The translations under genes were made by a program, and so were the position numbers. The notes under the pieces were generated by a model. It was not told the origin of the DNA, made no database searches, and was given only the letters and a program-made list of their open reading frames with translations. From Candidatus Saccharimonadia bacterium (lineage in GTDB: Bacteria > Patescibacteriota > Saccharimonadia > UBA4664), in contig JBGTMQ010000017.1 in NCBI GenBank assembly GCA_041743505.1, positions 85,368-149,367 of the forward strand: a stretch of DNA of 64,000 nucleotides, given 5' to 3'. This document shows positions 28,723-37,528 of this stretch, in pieces (the first letter of the stretch is position 1; the number at the start of each line of letters is the position of its first letter).

Positions 28723-30510
28723 CTATGGCACAAATACTTGATGAATCGCGGTGATCCTGTTTCGGTCGATCACCACACGGTAGTAGCTGTTGGGGTTGGA
28801 TATAAATATCCCCCTGAGCTCGCTCAGCGTCGACGGCACGCCCTCAACCACCCCCCTGCCAGTACTCTGCCACTTCGTGATGGTAGCGCCGGGCGCAACC
28901 TCCATAATGCGCAGCAATGGATTATTGTTGCGCGTGTAGACCATATTGCAGGCAGCAATCGGCGCCTCGTTACCGTCCTCGCGGCAGGCCTTCGCGGCCG
29001 CGGCCCCCACAAACCACTGAACAACGTCGAATGTAACCACAGCCCGGTTCGGATCTACGTCTTTCAGAAAAGCATAATGCTCGCCCTGCAGGCCGTTTGC
29101 AGTCGGGTTCTCACCGATCTCCGGAGCCTTTTCCAAGTAAACACTGACCACACCGGCATTCTGCGGTGCTAGACCAGCCACCAGCCCCTCGACCCAGGCA
29201 GTCAGGACGCCAGGGTTGCTCCAGATGTTCTTGAACTGAGTGATCTGACGGGCCAGCGGCGTAATAGTTACGCCCTTGACCGCCTTTCCGGCACTCTTAC
29301 CCTTGTTGAGGACCTTTTCCCAGGTACCGTGAACCGCCTTGCCTGTCGGCTCGGCGCACTTGGTCAAGACCTCGTCGATAAACTGAGCTGCCTTCTTGCG
29401 GCCTTCCTCGCCTTCGAACTCCTTCGGATTGCGCGTAGCCTGGTACTCACGGGCAGCCGCCGCAAAACACTCCGTGATCTGCTGCAACTTCGCGTGGTTA
29501 TCCTTGTACTTGCGCAGCTCCTTCCAGGCAGCGCCCTTTTGGTCAATACCCATCCCGACGGTCCACAGAGCCATGTCCGCCATCAGTAGACCGGCATCAA
29601 CTCGCGTCGTAATCCGGGCGCCAGGTTCCAGCTCGTCAGTCTTAACGGTCAACTTCACGCTCTTACCACCACGCAGGAAAAATTCGTCTGCGTATGTCGC
29701 CTGAGCGATCAGCTGGCTCATCACCTCCTCAAAGCTGTCACCCTCGGGCACAGCCGCCTCAACCGTCACGCCCTTCGGCAGCTTAACGAGAGTGGGGTAG
29801 TAGTGCGTGTTGGCCAAAATCAGCCGCGCCTCGCCAGTCCGTCCGGTATCTTCGGTGCAAGCCGGCCTTGCGTTGGGCAGGCCATAGTCAACCACCCTCA
29901 CATTGAGTAAATCGCTTGGTTTAGCGCAGCTCGCGTCAGGTGTTTCAGGCCACATTCTGGAGACATACCCGTTGGTAGGGCTCCCATCATTGCGCAAGGT
30001 GTCCTTCGTGGCACTGATGGCAAAATCCTTAGCCGCCTTAACAGCAGCCGGATCCTGAGCCACCGGATCCCACGTCGAGAAGTGGTCAGTCTGGACAATC
30101 AGCCGGCGATTTTCCCGGTCAACCGTAAATGGCACCGGCAACCTGGCCTGCAGTTCTTCACTGTAGACCGTCACCATCAAATCCTCCGGCGTCACGCCAC
30201 CTGGCAGCGGGTCAGGATACGCAAAACTAAGCGTAGCCTGGCCGTTCAGCTCACCTTGGGTCGGCTCAATATCCACCGGGGGCGAAATCTGAATTACGTT
30301 CGGCCAGGTAGCAGCCAGATCTGGCGAGTCCAGCGCCGGGCTAATACGAATGCTTGCGCCCGGCTCAAGACTACCGGGATCAGCCGTAGCCGAAACCCCG
30401 TTCACCGCGGCAGACGCTCCATCACCCGAACCGGCCGAACAACCAGCCGTCGTGATAACCAAAGCTGCCGCAGCAGCAAGAGTGGGAACACATCTCCAAG
30501 ACCGTTTCAT
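28723..30510 (-). CDS. hypothetical large lipoprotein
   Basis: MKRSWRCVPTLAAAAALVITTAGCSAG gives a lipobox when started at Met 30510; the ORF extends to 30588. 595 aa, no catalytic motif recognised. Confidence 0.5.
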   Translation of the reverse strand: MKRSWRCVPTLAAAAALVITTAGCSAGSGDGASAAVNGVSATADPGSLEPGASIRISPALDSPDLAATWPNVIQISPPVDIEPTQGELNGQATLSFAYPDPLPGGVTPEDLMVTVYSEELQARLPVPFTVDRENRRLIVQTDHFSTWDPVAQDPAAVKAAKDFAISATKDTLRNDGSPTNGYVSRMWPETPDASCAKPSDLLNVRVVDYGLPNARPACTEDTGRTGEARLILANTHYYPTLVKLPKGVTVEAAVPEGDSFEEVMSQLIAQATYADEFFLRGGKSVKLTVKTDELEPGARITTRVDAGLLMADMALWTVGMGIDQKGAAWKELRKYKDNHAKLQQITECFAAAAREYQATRNPKEFEGEEGRKKAAQFIDEVLTKCAEPTGKAVHGTWEKVLNKGKSAGKAVKGVTITPLARQITQFKNIWSNPGVLTAWVEGLVAGLAPQNAGVVSVYLEKAPEIGENPTANGLQGEHYAFLKDVDPNRAVVTFDVVQWFVGAAAAKACREDGNEAPIAACNMVYTRNNNPLLRIMEVAPGATITKWQSTGRGVVEGVPSTLSELRGIFISNPNSYYRVVIDRNRITAIHQVFVP

Positions 30511-30686
30511 CTGAACCCCTTCTGCGAAAACAATGGTCAATGAACAAGCAACTCGTTTCGAGCAACCTCGTGCTCTATTAATACACAATAATCTTAGTTA
30601 GTCAAGAATCTGGGGCGAGCCCTCAAACACCGGATAACCAACAATAGACACTCATATCGGCCGGGCCTGGCTGATATGAGTGTCTA

Positions 30687-30716
30687 TTGACATATAGGTA
30701 AATAACATGATATAAT
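30687..30716 (+). promoter_or_regulatory. sigma70-like promoter overlapped by a 16-bp inverted repeat
   Basis: TTGACA-17/18-ATATAAT. The perfect IR AATAGACACTCATATC(N14)GATATGAGTGTCTATT at 30643..30688 overlaps the -35. Confidence 0.5.
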
Positions 30717-30760
30717 ATAATCATTGCCATTCCGGTCGTACCCTACGAAAAGAGCCCACC

Positions 30761-31261
30761 ATGACTCAGTCCAACCTCCCGGCCATCAATCAGCTAGACC
30801 AGTGGCTCCGCCAAGCTCACAACGAGCTTGTCGAGAGTCTCGCCCCGGTCCTGGATATTGAGGCCGGCCTTCGCGAGGTCCTCGGGCGAGGTAGTCTCCG
30901 GTTTAGTCTGAAAGATGAACCTGCCCCCGACGTCAACGCCAGCCAAGATTTTTTTGGCAGCCTCATGGATGTGCTTGACCACGCGCTCCGTCAAATCCCA
31001 CCGCTCGTCCCCTCGTCGCCATTCCCGACGCCCGGTGAAGTGGACGCCCGCTGGAAGGCAAAGCTCAAAGCCGCTTACGAATCGCTCGTACGTCTCGTGA
31101 ACGAGAAGCTCAATGAAGAGCCTAGAGGCGTTTACTCAGTCGAGATCCCCCAGGGCACCCACCAGAGCGTAGTGCGCCGGGTATGCGGTGAGCTGGAGCG
31201 TACAGGCTGGTGCACGAGCTCCAGCAAGGCACTCATCCGGTTCTATCGAGCGGCTCGCTAG
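30761..31261 (+). CDS. hypothetical protein
   Basis: 166-aa soluble ORF downstream of the promoter/IR. Confidence 0.4.
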   Translation: MTQSNLPAINQLDQWLRQAHNELVESLAPVLDIEAGLREVLGRGSLRFSLKDEPAPDVNASQDFFGSLMDVLDHALRQIPPLVPSSPFPTPGEVDARWKAKLKAAYESLVRLVNEKLNEEPRGVYSVEIPQGTHQSVVRRVCGELERTGWCTSSSKALIRFYRAAR

Positions 31262-31553
31262 GTAGTCCGCCCGGGGCAACAACCCCCGGCACCACCAATG
31301 TCCACGACATCCATGAAAGGATGATCCCGATGAACTGGGCGATAACGGATAGCGGCGGCGGCAAGGCGGTGTTTAGCACCTCAAGAGATCACGAAAACTG
31401 CGATCATGAAGGCGACCATCAGCGGCAGTATTCAGGCGGCCAGACCCCACCTCCTGATCCAGTCCAGCAAGCACAGGCGGAAGATGACGCTCCCTAACAG
31501 ATTCCGGGCAACAACCACCCGATCAGTTTCCGCTGGTCGGGTTTTCTCTTTAC

Positions 31554-32195
31554 CTAGAAGCGCAGGTAGCGGGTGAGGCGCTCAACAAAGTCAGGCTCAC
31601 GGTCAGCCCGAGGCAAGTGAGCCTCCAGATGCGCCACGATATCATCAAAGTCTTCATCGCTAAAAAGCACCGTCAAGCGGGGCATAAAGCGCTTAGTCGG
31701 CTCCAAATCAATAGTGTGCCATGATTCATCACTCAGCACACCGAACGAGCGGAATGTATTGAACGGGTAAGCCTTGCCCTCAATCGTAATATTCTTCGCA
31801 TCCAGCTCATAAGTCAGCACCCTCGGTGGTTTATGGGCGTATACGGCAATCGCCACCCCCATCGCCAGGAAAACCCCGACACTAAGCCACAGTTTGAACA
31901 CAACCGCTGCCAGCAACAATACGGCCACCAGCAAAAACAGGCCGGCATACCATCCAACCCCTTTATGGTGATGAACATACTCAGAAGCCTGCCAGCTAAA
32001 TGTTTCGTTGGCCAGCGGGTTTATGTCCTCTTCATCCTCGTACACTTCATCGTCACCAAGCTCTGCCTCGGCCGGCTCTTGGTCGGCCTGAGGCTGCTCA
32101 AGCTCGGCCAGCTCCTGCTCAACCGCCGGCTGAACCTCAGGCTGCTCTTCTGCAGATTGCGGCCCAATCTGGTTTGTTTGCTTCTCTGGCGGCAT
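31554..32195 (-). CDS. hypothetical membrane protein with acidic N-terminal region
   Basis: Glu/Gln/Pro-rich N-terminus, two TM helices, C-terminal globular part. Confidence 0.4.
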   Translation of the reverse strand: MPPEKQTNQIGPQSAEEQPEVQPAVEQELAELEQPQADQEPAEAELGDDEVYEDEEDINPLANETFSWQASEYVHHHKGVGWYAGLFLLVAVLLLAAVVFKLWLSVGVFLAMGVAIAVYAHKPPRVLTYELDAKNITIEGKAYPFNTFRSFGVLSDESWHTIDLEPTKRFMPRLTVLFSDEDFDDIVAHLEAHLPRADREPDFVERLTRYLRF

Positions 32196-32472
32196 ACCCT
32201 GTTCCTATTTCACAATCATTATGGCTCATATCGCGCCACAAGTACACATTTACGCTTATGGCTACAAGGCCGAGATTAATAAAGCTTCCTAGCATAGGGT
32301 AGTGCACTCGATGCAGTGTAACCAGATAGGGACACTGCACTCAATGCACTAGGTAAGGTTAGGGAAATGCCATAACTCTCAGCTCCTAAACTCAAGCATA
32401 TTTACAAGACAAGCCAGTTATGCTATAATTAACTATTGCACCTCCACAACCCACGAAAAGGACTGATCGCTA

Positions 32473-33027
32473 ATGTTCATGCGAGCGGGAATCATCATCT
32501 TTACCCTGTTCTGCGCCATCGCAGCAGCAGGATGCAGTAGCTCCCTCGCTGGATCCAGCCCTGATACTGCTAGTCTTCCTGGTCGCGAGGACCGTACGGT
32601 TGTCCTCAACGATGCGAGATTCGGATCATACGTTGGCACCTGGAGCCTGCATGGCGCCACCCTGGTCATCGACCGGCAGCGCACGGGCACCCAAACCACC
32701 AACCTCGGGGAATGCTTCCCGGACCCCAACGCCGAGTCAACCGCCATGTGCAATGAAGTTGCTCACCTCAAGTTCACCGAGCCAACCGCCGACGGCATCA
32801 CCGCCACGGTCACCTCGGTGGAATACAAGGAATGGGGCGAGGATACAGCACCCGAGGGCTATCGCCCCAACCCCAACGTCGGCCTACAAACCGGCGACTC
32901 GTTCAGGCTAGCTCTTCACGGCCAAAACACCCTCCTCACCACGTGGCTCGGCCGCAAAGAGCACCTCAACACCGGCGTCAATCCCAATTGGTGCAAGAAC
33001 GGCACCACCTCCGAATGCGGTGCGTAA
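32473..33027 (+). CDS. hypothetical lipoprotein sharing a domain with the C-terminus of the 2037..3389 lipase
   Basis: Lipobox FTLFCAIAAAGCSSS. Residues ~50-184 align with the lipase C-terminal domain (W..HG..L.I.R.RTGT.T.NLG.C...C.E...L.FT.P..G.TA.VT.V...GD.F.L.L....L.T.W.....G.NP.WC......EC). Confidence 0.55.
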   Translation: MFMRAGIIIFTLFCAIAAAGCSSSLAGSSPDTASLPGREDRTVVLNDARFGSYVGTWSLHGATLVIDRQRTGTQTTNLGECFPDPNAESTAMCNEVAHLKFTEPTADGITATVTSVEYKEWGEDTAPEGYRPNPNVGLQTGDSFRLALHGQNTLLTTWLGRKEHLNTGVNPNWCKNGTTSECGA

Positions 33028-33123
33028 CGGCACATAACAATGCGCCCCCAGGACGGAATCCACAGCAATCCAGCTGTGAGATCTCCGTCCTTTTTATTTT
33101 GCTTTCACGAACAAATAATTGCT

Positions 33124-33209
33124 TGGCGGAAGGGGTGGGATTCGAACCCACGAGGCGTTAGCCCGCTGGTTTTCAAGACCAGTGCCATCAACCACTCGGC
33201 CACCCTTCC
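33124..33209 (-). tRNA. tRNA-Ser (anticodon TGA)
   Basis: Long variable arm, anticodon loop CTTGAAA, T-loop TTCGAAT, encoded CCA. Confidence 0.8.
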
Positions 33210-33282
33210 GTACTGTGCTATTGGGGCCCACAATCAGGCCCTGATACAAGAATAACCTCTGGTCGCTTCCAGGGGTCATTCT

Positions 33283-33376
33283 GGCGGAGAGGGAGAGATT
33301 CGAACTCTCGCGGGGGATTACTCCCCCCTACAGGTTTAGCAAACCCGCCCCTTCAGCCACTTGGGTACCTCTCCAC
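33283..33376 (-). tRNA. tRNA-Ser (anticodon GCT)
   Basis: Long variable arm, anticodon loop TTGCTAA, T-loop TTCGAAT, encoded CCA. Confidence 0.8.
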
Positions 33377-33644
33377 TTCACGAACTCGACTACTATACCG
33401 CGAGGCAGCGTTTTGCTCAAGCCCTTTTAGCCATAAAAAATTAGCCCGGCACAAAGGCCGGGCATAAACGCCAATGCCCAAGCATTAACGAAAAGGTACA
33501 GGCAATGAAGTTAATCAGCTAACGGTGGCGGCAGGCGATCCCCGCACGGATCTTACGTGCCTGCCGCCACCTCCCTTCTCCCTCCACCCATTTCGAAAGG
33601 AGAAAGTCTCGGACCTGCTATAAATGTAAGCCCAAATTAGTTCT

Positions 33645-33929
33645 CTATTCAACCCGTTGATGCAATATCAGAGTAGTCCGGCCAAACCGATGCTTTTCGC
33701 TAACAAGAACTGCGCGCCCCTTTTGGGTAAGCCGGTAGCAGCGGGTTTGCGGCACTTTAATAGTAAAACCCTCCTGTACCAGGCGATTAATGGCCTTATA
33801 AAGCGACCGCTCACTCGCAAGCACAATGCTCTGAGTATCTTCAGCGATTTGTTGGTGAATACCCGGTACATCAAGTTCATCTACAGTGAGGGCAAGCAAG
33901 ACATATAAGGTTAATGGAGATGGCGGCAT
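33645..33929 (-). CDS. PadR-like winged-helix transcriptional regulator
   Basis: LYVLLAL...x...SLYKAINRLVQEGF pattern. Start placed at Met 33929; the ORF extends to 33983. Confidence 0.45.
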   Translation of the reverse strand: MPPSPLTLYVLLALTVDELDVPGIHQQIAEDTQSIVLASERSLYKAINRLVQEGFTIKVPQTRCYRLTQKGRAVLVSEKHRFGRTTLILHQRVE

Positions 33930-34137
33930 AAAGGTATTTCTAATTATTCTAACGAGGGTACTGTACCGAGGGCAGTAAATCAAATATAGGCATCTATTTA
34001 TTGCTTACATAAGGCAAAATATAACACCCATCCATTGCTCACTGCCCTGAGGGCAGAAGGTAGCCACAGGGAAAACAGAAAAGATCAGGGAATCCCGCCG
34101 AATTCAACCCATTTCAAGTTCAACCCGTATTCCCGTA

Positions 34138-34860
34138 TTAATGTCGCGCCACCGCCGCACCCCACACCTCACTAGCCCCGGCCTCGCGCAATACCCAAGC
34201 ACATTCATCGAGCGTAGCACCCGTCGTCACCACGTCATCCACAATCAAAACCCGCTCACCACGCCCCTTACCAACCGCATAAAACGCTCCTTGAACTCCA
34301 ACCAACCGTTCAATCCGGCTCCGCCCCATCTGGTGCTCAGTCGTAGTTCGTCCGAGCAGCGAACGGTAGGGAAGCCGCAAATGTCGCGCCAATACCCGCC
34401 CAATCAGCTCAGACTGGTTATACCCACGCTCCCGGTAACGTCCCGGCGCAATTGGCACTGCCGTCACCACATCAAACACCAGCCCGCCTTCCAGCCCCGA
34501 AAGCAATAACTGCGCCGCCACTCCAGCCCCGGACCGGGTACGTTCAAACTTGAGGCTCAAAATCAGTTTCTTAACCGCCCCCTCGTACCGGGCGGCCACG
34601 CTCACTCCGGCCAATACCTTCTGTTCAAAGCACCCGCCACACGTCAACCCAAGCCGCGAGCTTCGATGGCAGAAACAGCAGATCTCCACCGGCCGCCGCA
34701 CCCCATTTCGGCAATCCACACACAACAAAACACCTTGGCTCCCGCACCCCAAACACTCCGGCGGCGCAAGCATTTCTATCAGTTGGCGAAGCGGCATCGG
34801 TGTTCCTTGCGTTCCATCTGGCAATTCGCCTATAATAGGCAAAAGATGCCCGCAGCGCAA
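34138..34860 (-). CDS. comFC: ComF family protein (ComFC, phosphoribosyltransferase-domain competence protein)
   Basis: N-terminal CxxC...CxxC zinc finger plus C-terminal PRTase motif VLIVDDVVTTGATL. Possible alternative start at Met 34797. Confidence 0.7.
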   Translation of the reverse strand: MRCGHLLPIIGELPDGTQGTPMPLRQLIEMLAPPECLGCGSQGVLLCVDCRNGVRRPVEICCFCHRSSRLGLTCGGCFEQKVLAGVSVAARYEGAVKKLILSLKFERTRSGAGVAAQLLLSGLEGGLVFDVVTAVPIAPGRYRERGYNQSELIGRVLARHLRLPYRSLLGRTTTEHQMGRSRIERLVGVQGAFYAVGKGRGERVLIVDDVVTTGATLDECAWVLREAGASEVWGAAVARH

Positions 34861-34916
34861 ATAAAAAACCGCGGGCCTAAAACTTAGCTAGTTATCTAAA
34901 GTGGAGATTCATCTAA

Positions 34917-35354
34917 ATGCCGGGTAAGAAAAACGCTTCCCAGACCGATCCAGAGAACGTATTACAGGATGACTTCCTCGATACTACTATGGAAGGCGAG
35001 GACGACTGGATGGCGGAGGCCGAAGGCCAGCTAGCCGTCGACGTCTATCAGACCAAAGAAAACGTTGTCATTAAGGCGCCCATCGCCGGCGTCACTCCTG
35101 ACAAGATCGACATCGAAGTCGCCGAAGACGTCGTCACCATCCGTGGTGAGCGGGTCGAAGAGAAGGAAGTCGACCGTGAGCACTACTACGTCCAAGAGTG
35201 CTACTGGGGTTCATTCTCTCGCTCAGTCATCCTACCGACCTCAACCATCGCCGAAAAAGCCGCCGCCAGCCTCAAAGACGGCGTATTAACGGTTACCATC
35301 CCCAAAGTCGCCCAAGACAAAGTCAAGAAGATCAAGGTCAAGCCGCTAGTCTAA
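34917..35354 (+). CDS. Hsp20/alpha-crystallin family small heat-shock protein
   Basis: Alpha-crystallin domain (AVDVYQTKENVVIKAPIAGVTPDKIDIEV...GVLTVTIPK). Confidence 0.85.
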   Translation: MPGKKNASQTDPENVLQDDFLDTTMEGEDDWMAEAEGQLAVDVYQTKENVVIKAPIAGVTPDKIDIEVAEDVVTIRGERVEEKEVDREHYYVQECYWGSFSRSVILPTSTIAEKAAASLKDGVLTVTIPKVAQDKVKKIKVKPLV

Positions 35355-35374
35355 CCACCAGCTCAGCCGACCTT

Positions 35375-35402
35375 AAAAACCGCCCACCCGGGCGGTTTTT
35401 TA
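35375..35402 (+). terminator. rho-independent terminator of hsp20
   Basis: CCGCCCACCCGGGCGG hairpin followed by T6. Confidence 0.6.
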
Positions 35403-35419
35403 ATCGCAAAGCATCAACT

Positions 35420-35452
35420 AAAAAGAGCCCCGCAGGGCTCTTTTCTAAAACT
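35420..35452 (-). terminator. rho-independent terminator of the pilin gene array
   Basis: AGAGCCC-CGCA-GGGCTCT hairpin with a T-run when read on the minus strand; it sits just 3' of the 35463 stop. Confidence 0.5.
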
Positions 35453-35462
35453 CGGGGAGAGT

Positions 35463-35906
35463 CTACTGAGCGTTATTCAACGCATTGATGACGAACTGGA
35501 CCGCTGCGAAGGACAAGATGGCTACCACGATACCCACGATGGCGTAGGTGATGGTGTTCTTGGCCGCTTCAACGTTCTTCGGATCACCATTGGAGACAGC
35601 GTAGCGCAGACCACCAACGATCAAAAACAGCACCGCTACGGCACCGACCAGGAAGATCAAAGTGTTAGCAGCCACCTGGAAGATGCCACCCTGACCAAAC
35701 AAGTTATCTTTGGTGCCATCAGCCTGCGAACATGCCGCTCCACTACTGATATTCAAGTTGGTGGTATTACAGTCGCCTTGCGCAGCCAAAGCCGGCGCCG
35801 GAGCCATCGTCGCGACGGTGGCCAAGCTAAAAACTCCAAACCCAAAGGCGAGAGTAAGAGCCTGAAATGTTACGGCAATTTTCTTGCCAAGAGTTGTGAT
35901 GCTCAT
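35463..35906 (-). CDS. VirB2/TrbC-like pilin paralog 1 (signal peptide plus two C-terminal TM helices)
   Basis: 147 aa. N-terminal signal-like segment, then LIFLVGAVAVLFLIVGGLRYAVSNGDPKNVEAAKNTITYAIVGIVVAILSFAAVQF. Two hydrophobic helices separated by a short basic loop is the VirB2-type topology. Confidence 0.55.
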   Translation of the reverse strand: MSITTLGKKIAVTFQALTLAFGFGVFSLATVATMAPAPALAAQGDCNTTNLNISSGAACSQADGTKDNLFGQGGIFQVAANTLIFLVGAVAVLFLIVGGLRYAVSNGDPKNVEAAKNTITYAIVGIVVAILSFAAVQFVINALNNAQ

Positions 35907-35988
35907 CTGAACCTAAAGACTCCTTTATAATTTCAATCAGTTAGTTTGAGCTGAATTTACCATAAGCATAAGGCAAAAGGCAAATCAT

Positions 35989-36306
35989 CTACTTATTGAA
36001 GGTTGTAACCACGAAGTTAACGATTGCGTATGCGGCAATGGCCAAAATAAGACCAATTACTGAGTACAAAATGGTGTTTCGTGCAGCTTCTGCCTGCTTA
36101 GGATCACCATTCGACGTTATGTAGCGCAAGGCCCCAATAATAATCATTATAACCGCCAGCGCACCGATCAAAAAAATCAGCGCGTTCGAAACAGCCGAAA
36201 AAATGACATTGATGTCTTTATTACCACAAGCCGTTTTGCAAGCGGCACCGGCACCACCACCAATAACGTTTGTAGCGTTATCGGCTAATTTAAAAAACTT
36301 TTCCAT
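35989..36306 (-). CDS. VirB2/TrbC-like pilin paralog 2
   Basis: 105 aa; LIFLIGALAVIMIIIGALRYITSNGDPKQAEAARNTILYSVIGLILAIAAYAIVNF. No obvious signal peptide. Confidence 0.55.
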   Translation of the reverse strand: MEKFFKLADNATNVIGGGAGAACKTACGNKDINVIFSAVSNALIFLIGALAVIMIIIGALRYITSNGDPKQAEAARNTILYSVIGLILAIAAYAIVNFVVTTFNK

Positions 36307-36322
36307 GAAACCTAAATACTCC

Positions 36323-36628
36323 TTAACTTAGTCTGGTACCAATAAACGTAACAGCCGCATACGCAGCAATAGCCACAACGAGGCCCACAATGGCATAAAT
36401 AATCGTTTCGCGGCCTTGCTTGACACGGGTTGGGCTACCAGCCGCTGTCACAATCTGAAGACCACCAACGATGATAAAGATTATCGCCAAAGCGCCGATA
36501 ATGTAAACCAGTAGTTCCACTATGTTACCTAAAGCGTCACTTACGTTCTGGGTAGAGTCCGGCAGCCCGGTCTCACCTTTGAGCGATATTCCCGCTACAT
36601 ATAGGTGGGTCAAAGCCGACTGCATCAT
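36323..36628 (-). CDS. VirB2/TrbC-like pilin paralog 3
   Basis: 101 aa; LVYIIGALAIIFIIVGGLQIVTAAGSPTRVKQGRETIIYAIVGLVVAIAAYAAVTF. Confidence 0.5.
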   Translation of the reverse strand: MMQSALTHLYVAGISLKGETGLPDSTQNVSDALGNIVELLVYIIGALAIIFIIVGGLQIVTAAGSPTRVKQGRETIIYAIVGLVVAIAAYAAVTFIGTRLS

Positions 36629-36975
36629 TAGAACCTACTCGCAATAAACGTGACCCCAGCGTATGCCACCATCACGATAATCAGCCCGGTTACAGCTTGA
36701 GTTATAATCTCTTTGGCCCGCTTCAGCCGCGCCGGGTCACCAATCGCCGTCACATAATAAATGCCGCCCACAATAATAAAAATCACCGCCAGGGCGCCGG
36801 CGAAAGCCATGAGAATCCGAACGAGATTGCCCAAAATAATAATGATGTCATAGACACCCGTAATCTTAACGTCATTACCAGGACAGCTAATACCGTCCCA
36901 AATACTCGGAAAAATTCCTGTCTTAGTGCCGCATGCATTGGCTGCCACTTTAAAGAACTGAAGTATCGGCTCCAT
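36628..36975 (-). CDS. VirB2/TrbC-like pilin paralog 4
   Basis: 115 aa; AFAGALAVIFIIVGGIYYVTAIGDPARLKRAKEIITQAVTGLIIVMVAYAGVTF. Its stop and start overlap the neighbouring genes. Confidence 0.5.
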   Translation of the reverse strand: MEPILQFFKVAANACGTKTGIFPSIWDGISCPGNDVKITGVYDIIIILGNLVRILMAFAGALAVIFIIVGGIYYVTAIGDPARLKRAKEIITQAVTGLIIVMVAYAGVTFIASRF

Positions 36976-37485
36976 CTACAGAATTCCTCCCGGTACCACG
37001 AAGCTTAGTATCGCAAAGGCTAGTATGAACAAAACCAAGGCCGTAACGGCATTTATCAGCCGGTCCTTCGCATCAGTAATTGCCTTGGGATCGCCATTAG
37101 ACACGATGTACTGGATACCCGCCACAATCACCATCAAAACTACTGCCGCGCCAACCGTAGCGGACAAGAACTGCAAAATGGTTTTCAGGTAATTAACAAC
37201 TATGCCGCCACCACTATTATCGACGCAATTTGAACCACCGCCCGGGTTTTTCGTAATCGGGACACCAATAGCCACCTGCCCTTCCGGACAGGTAATGTTA
37301 GACGGCTGTGGCGCTGTAGCACACTCGTTGATATTGCCGGAAGTGTCACAGGCCGGTTCCGCAGCCAAAGCCACCGTCGGCAAAGCTAGCGTCGGCAAAG
37401 CTAGCGCCGTAACTGCCGCCACAGTCAGTAAAATTTTGGCCAGGAAGCGTCTCATTGGCTGAAATTGTAGCCAAGCCCAAAGCAT
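36976..37485 (-). CDS. VirB2/TrbC-like pilin paralog 5 (signal peptide with a tandem-repeat segment)
   Basis: 169 aa; ...VGAAVVLMVIVAGIQYIVSNGDPKAITDAKDRLINAVTALVLFILAFAILSF. Signal peptide LALPTLALPTVALAA is encoded by an 18-nt tandem DNA repeat. Alternative start at Met 37455. Confidence 0.5.
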   Translation of the reverse strand: MLWAWLQFQPMRRFLAKILLTVAAVTALALPTLALPTVALAAEPACDTSGNINECATAPQPSNITCPEGQVAIGVPITKNPGGGSNCVDNSGGGIVVNYLKTILQFLSATVGAAVVLMVIVAGIQYIVSNGDPKAITDAKDRLINAVTALVLFILAFAILSFVVPGGIL

Positions 37486-37528
37486 AAGTCAAAACATTCT
37501 TTGACAAACGAGTCAAAACCTGTTACTT

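Noticed and set aside
35463-37485. Pilin-like array as a possible type IV (PilA-like) pilin or competence pseudopilin set
   Set aside because: There is no N-terminal prepilin-peptidase motif (G/FTLIE-like). The conserved region is at the C-terminus with two helices and a loop, which fits VirB2/TrbC topology better.
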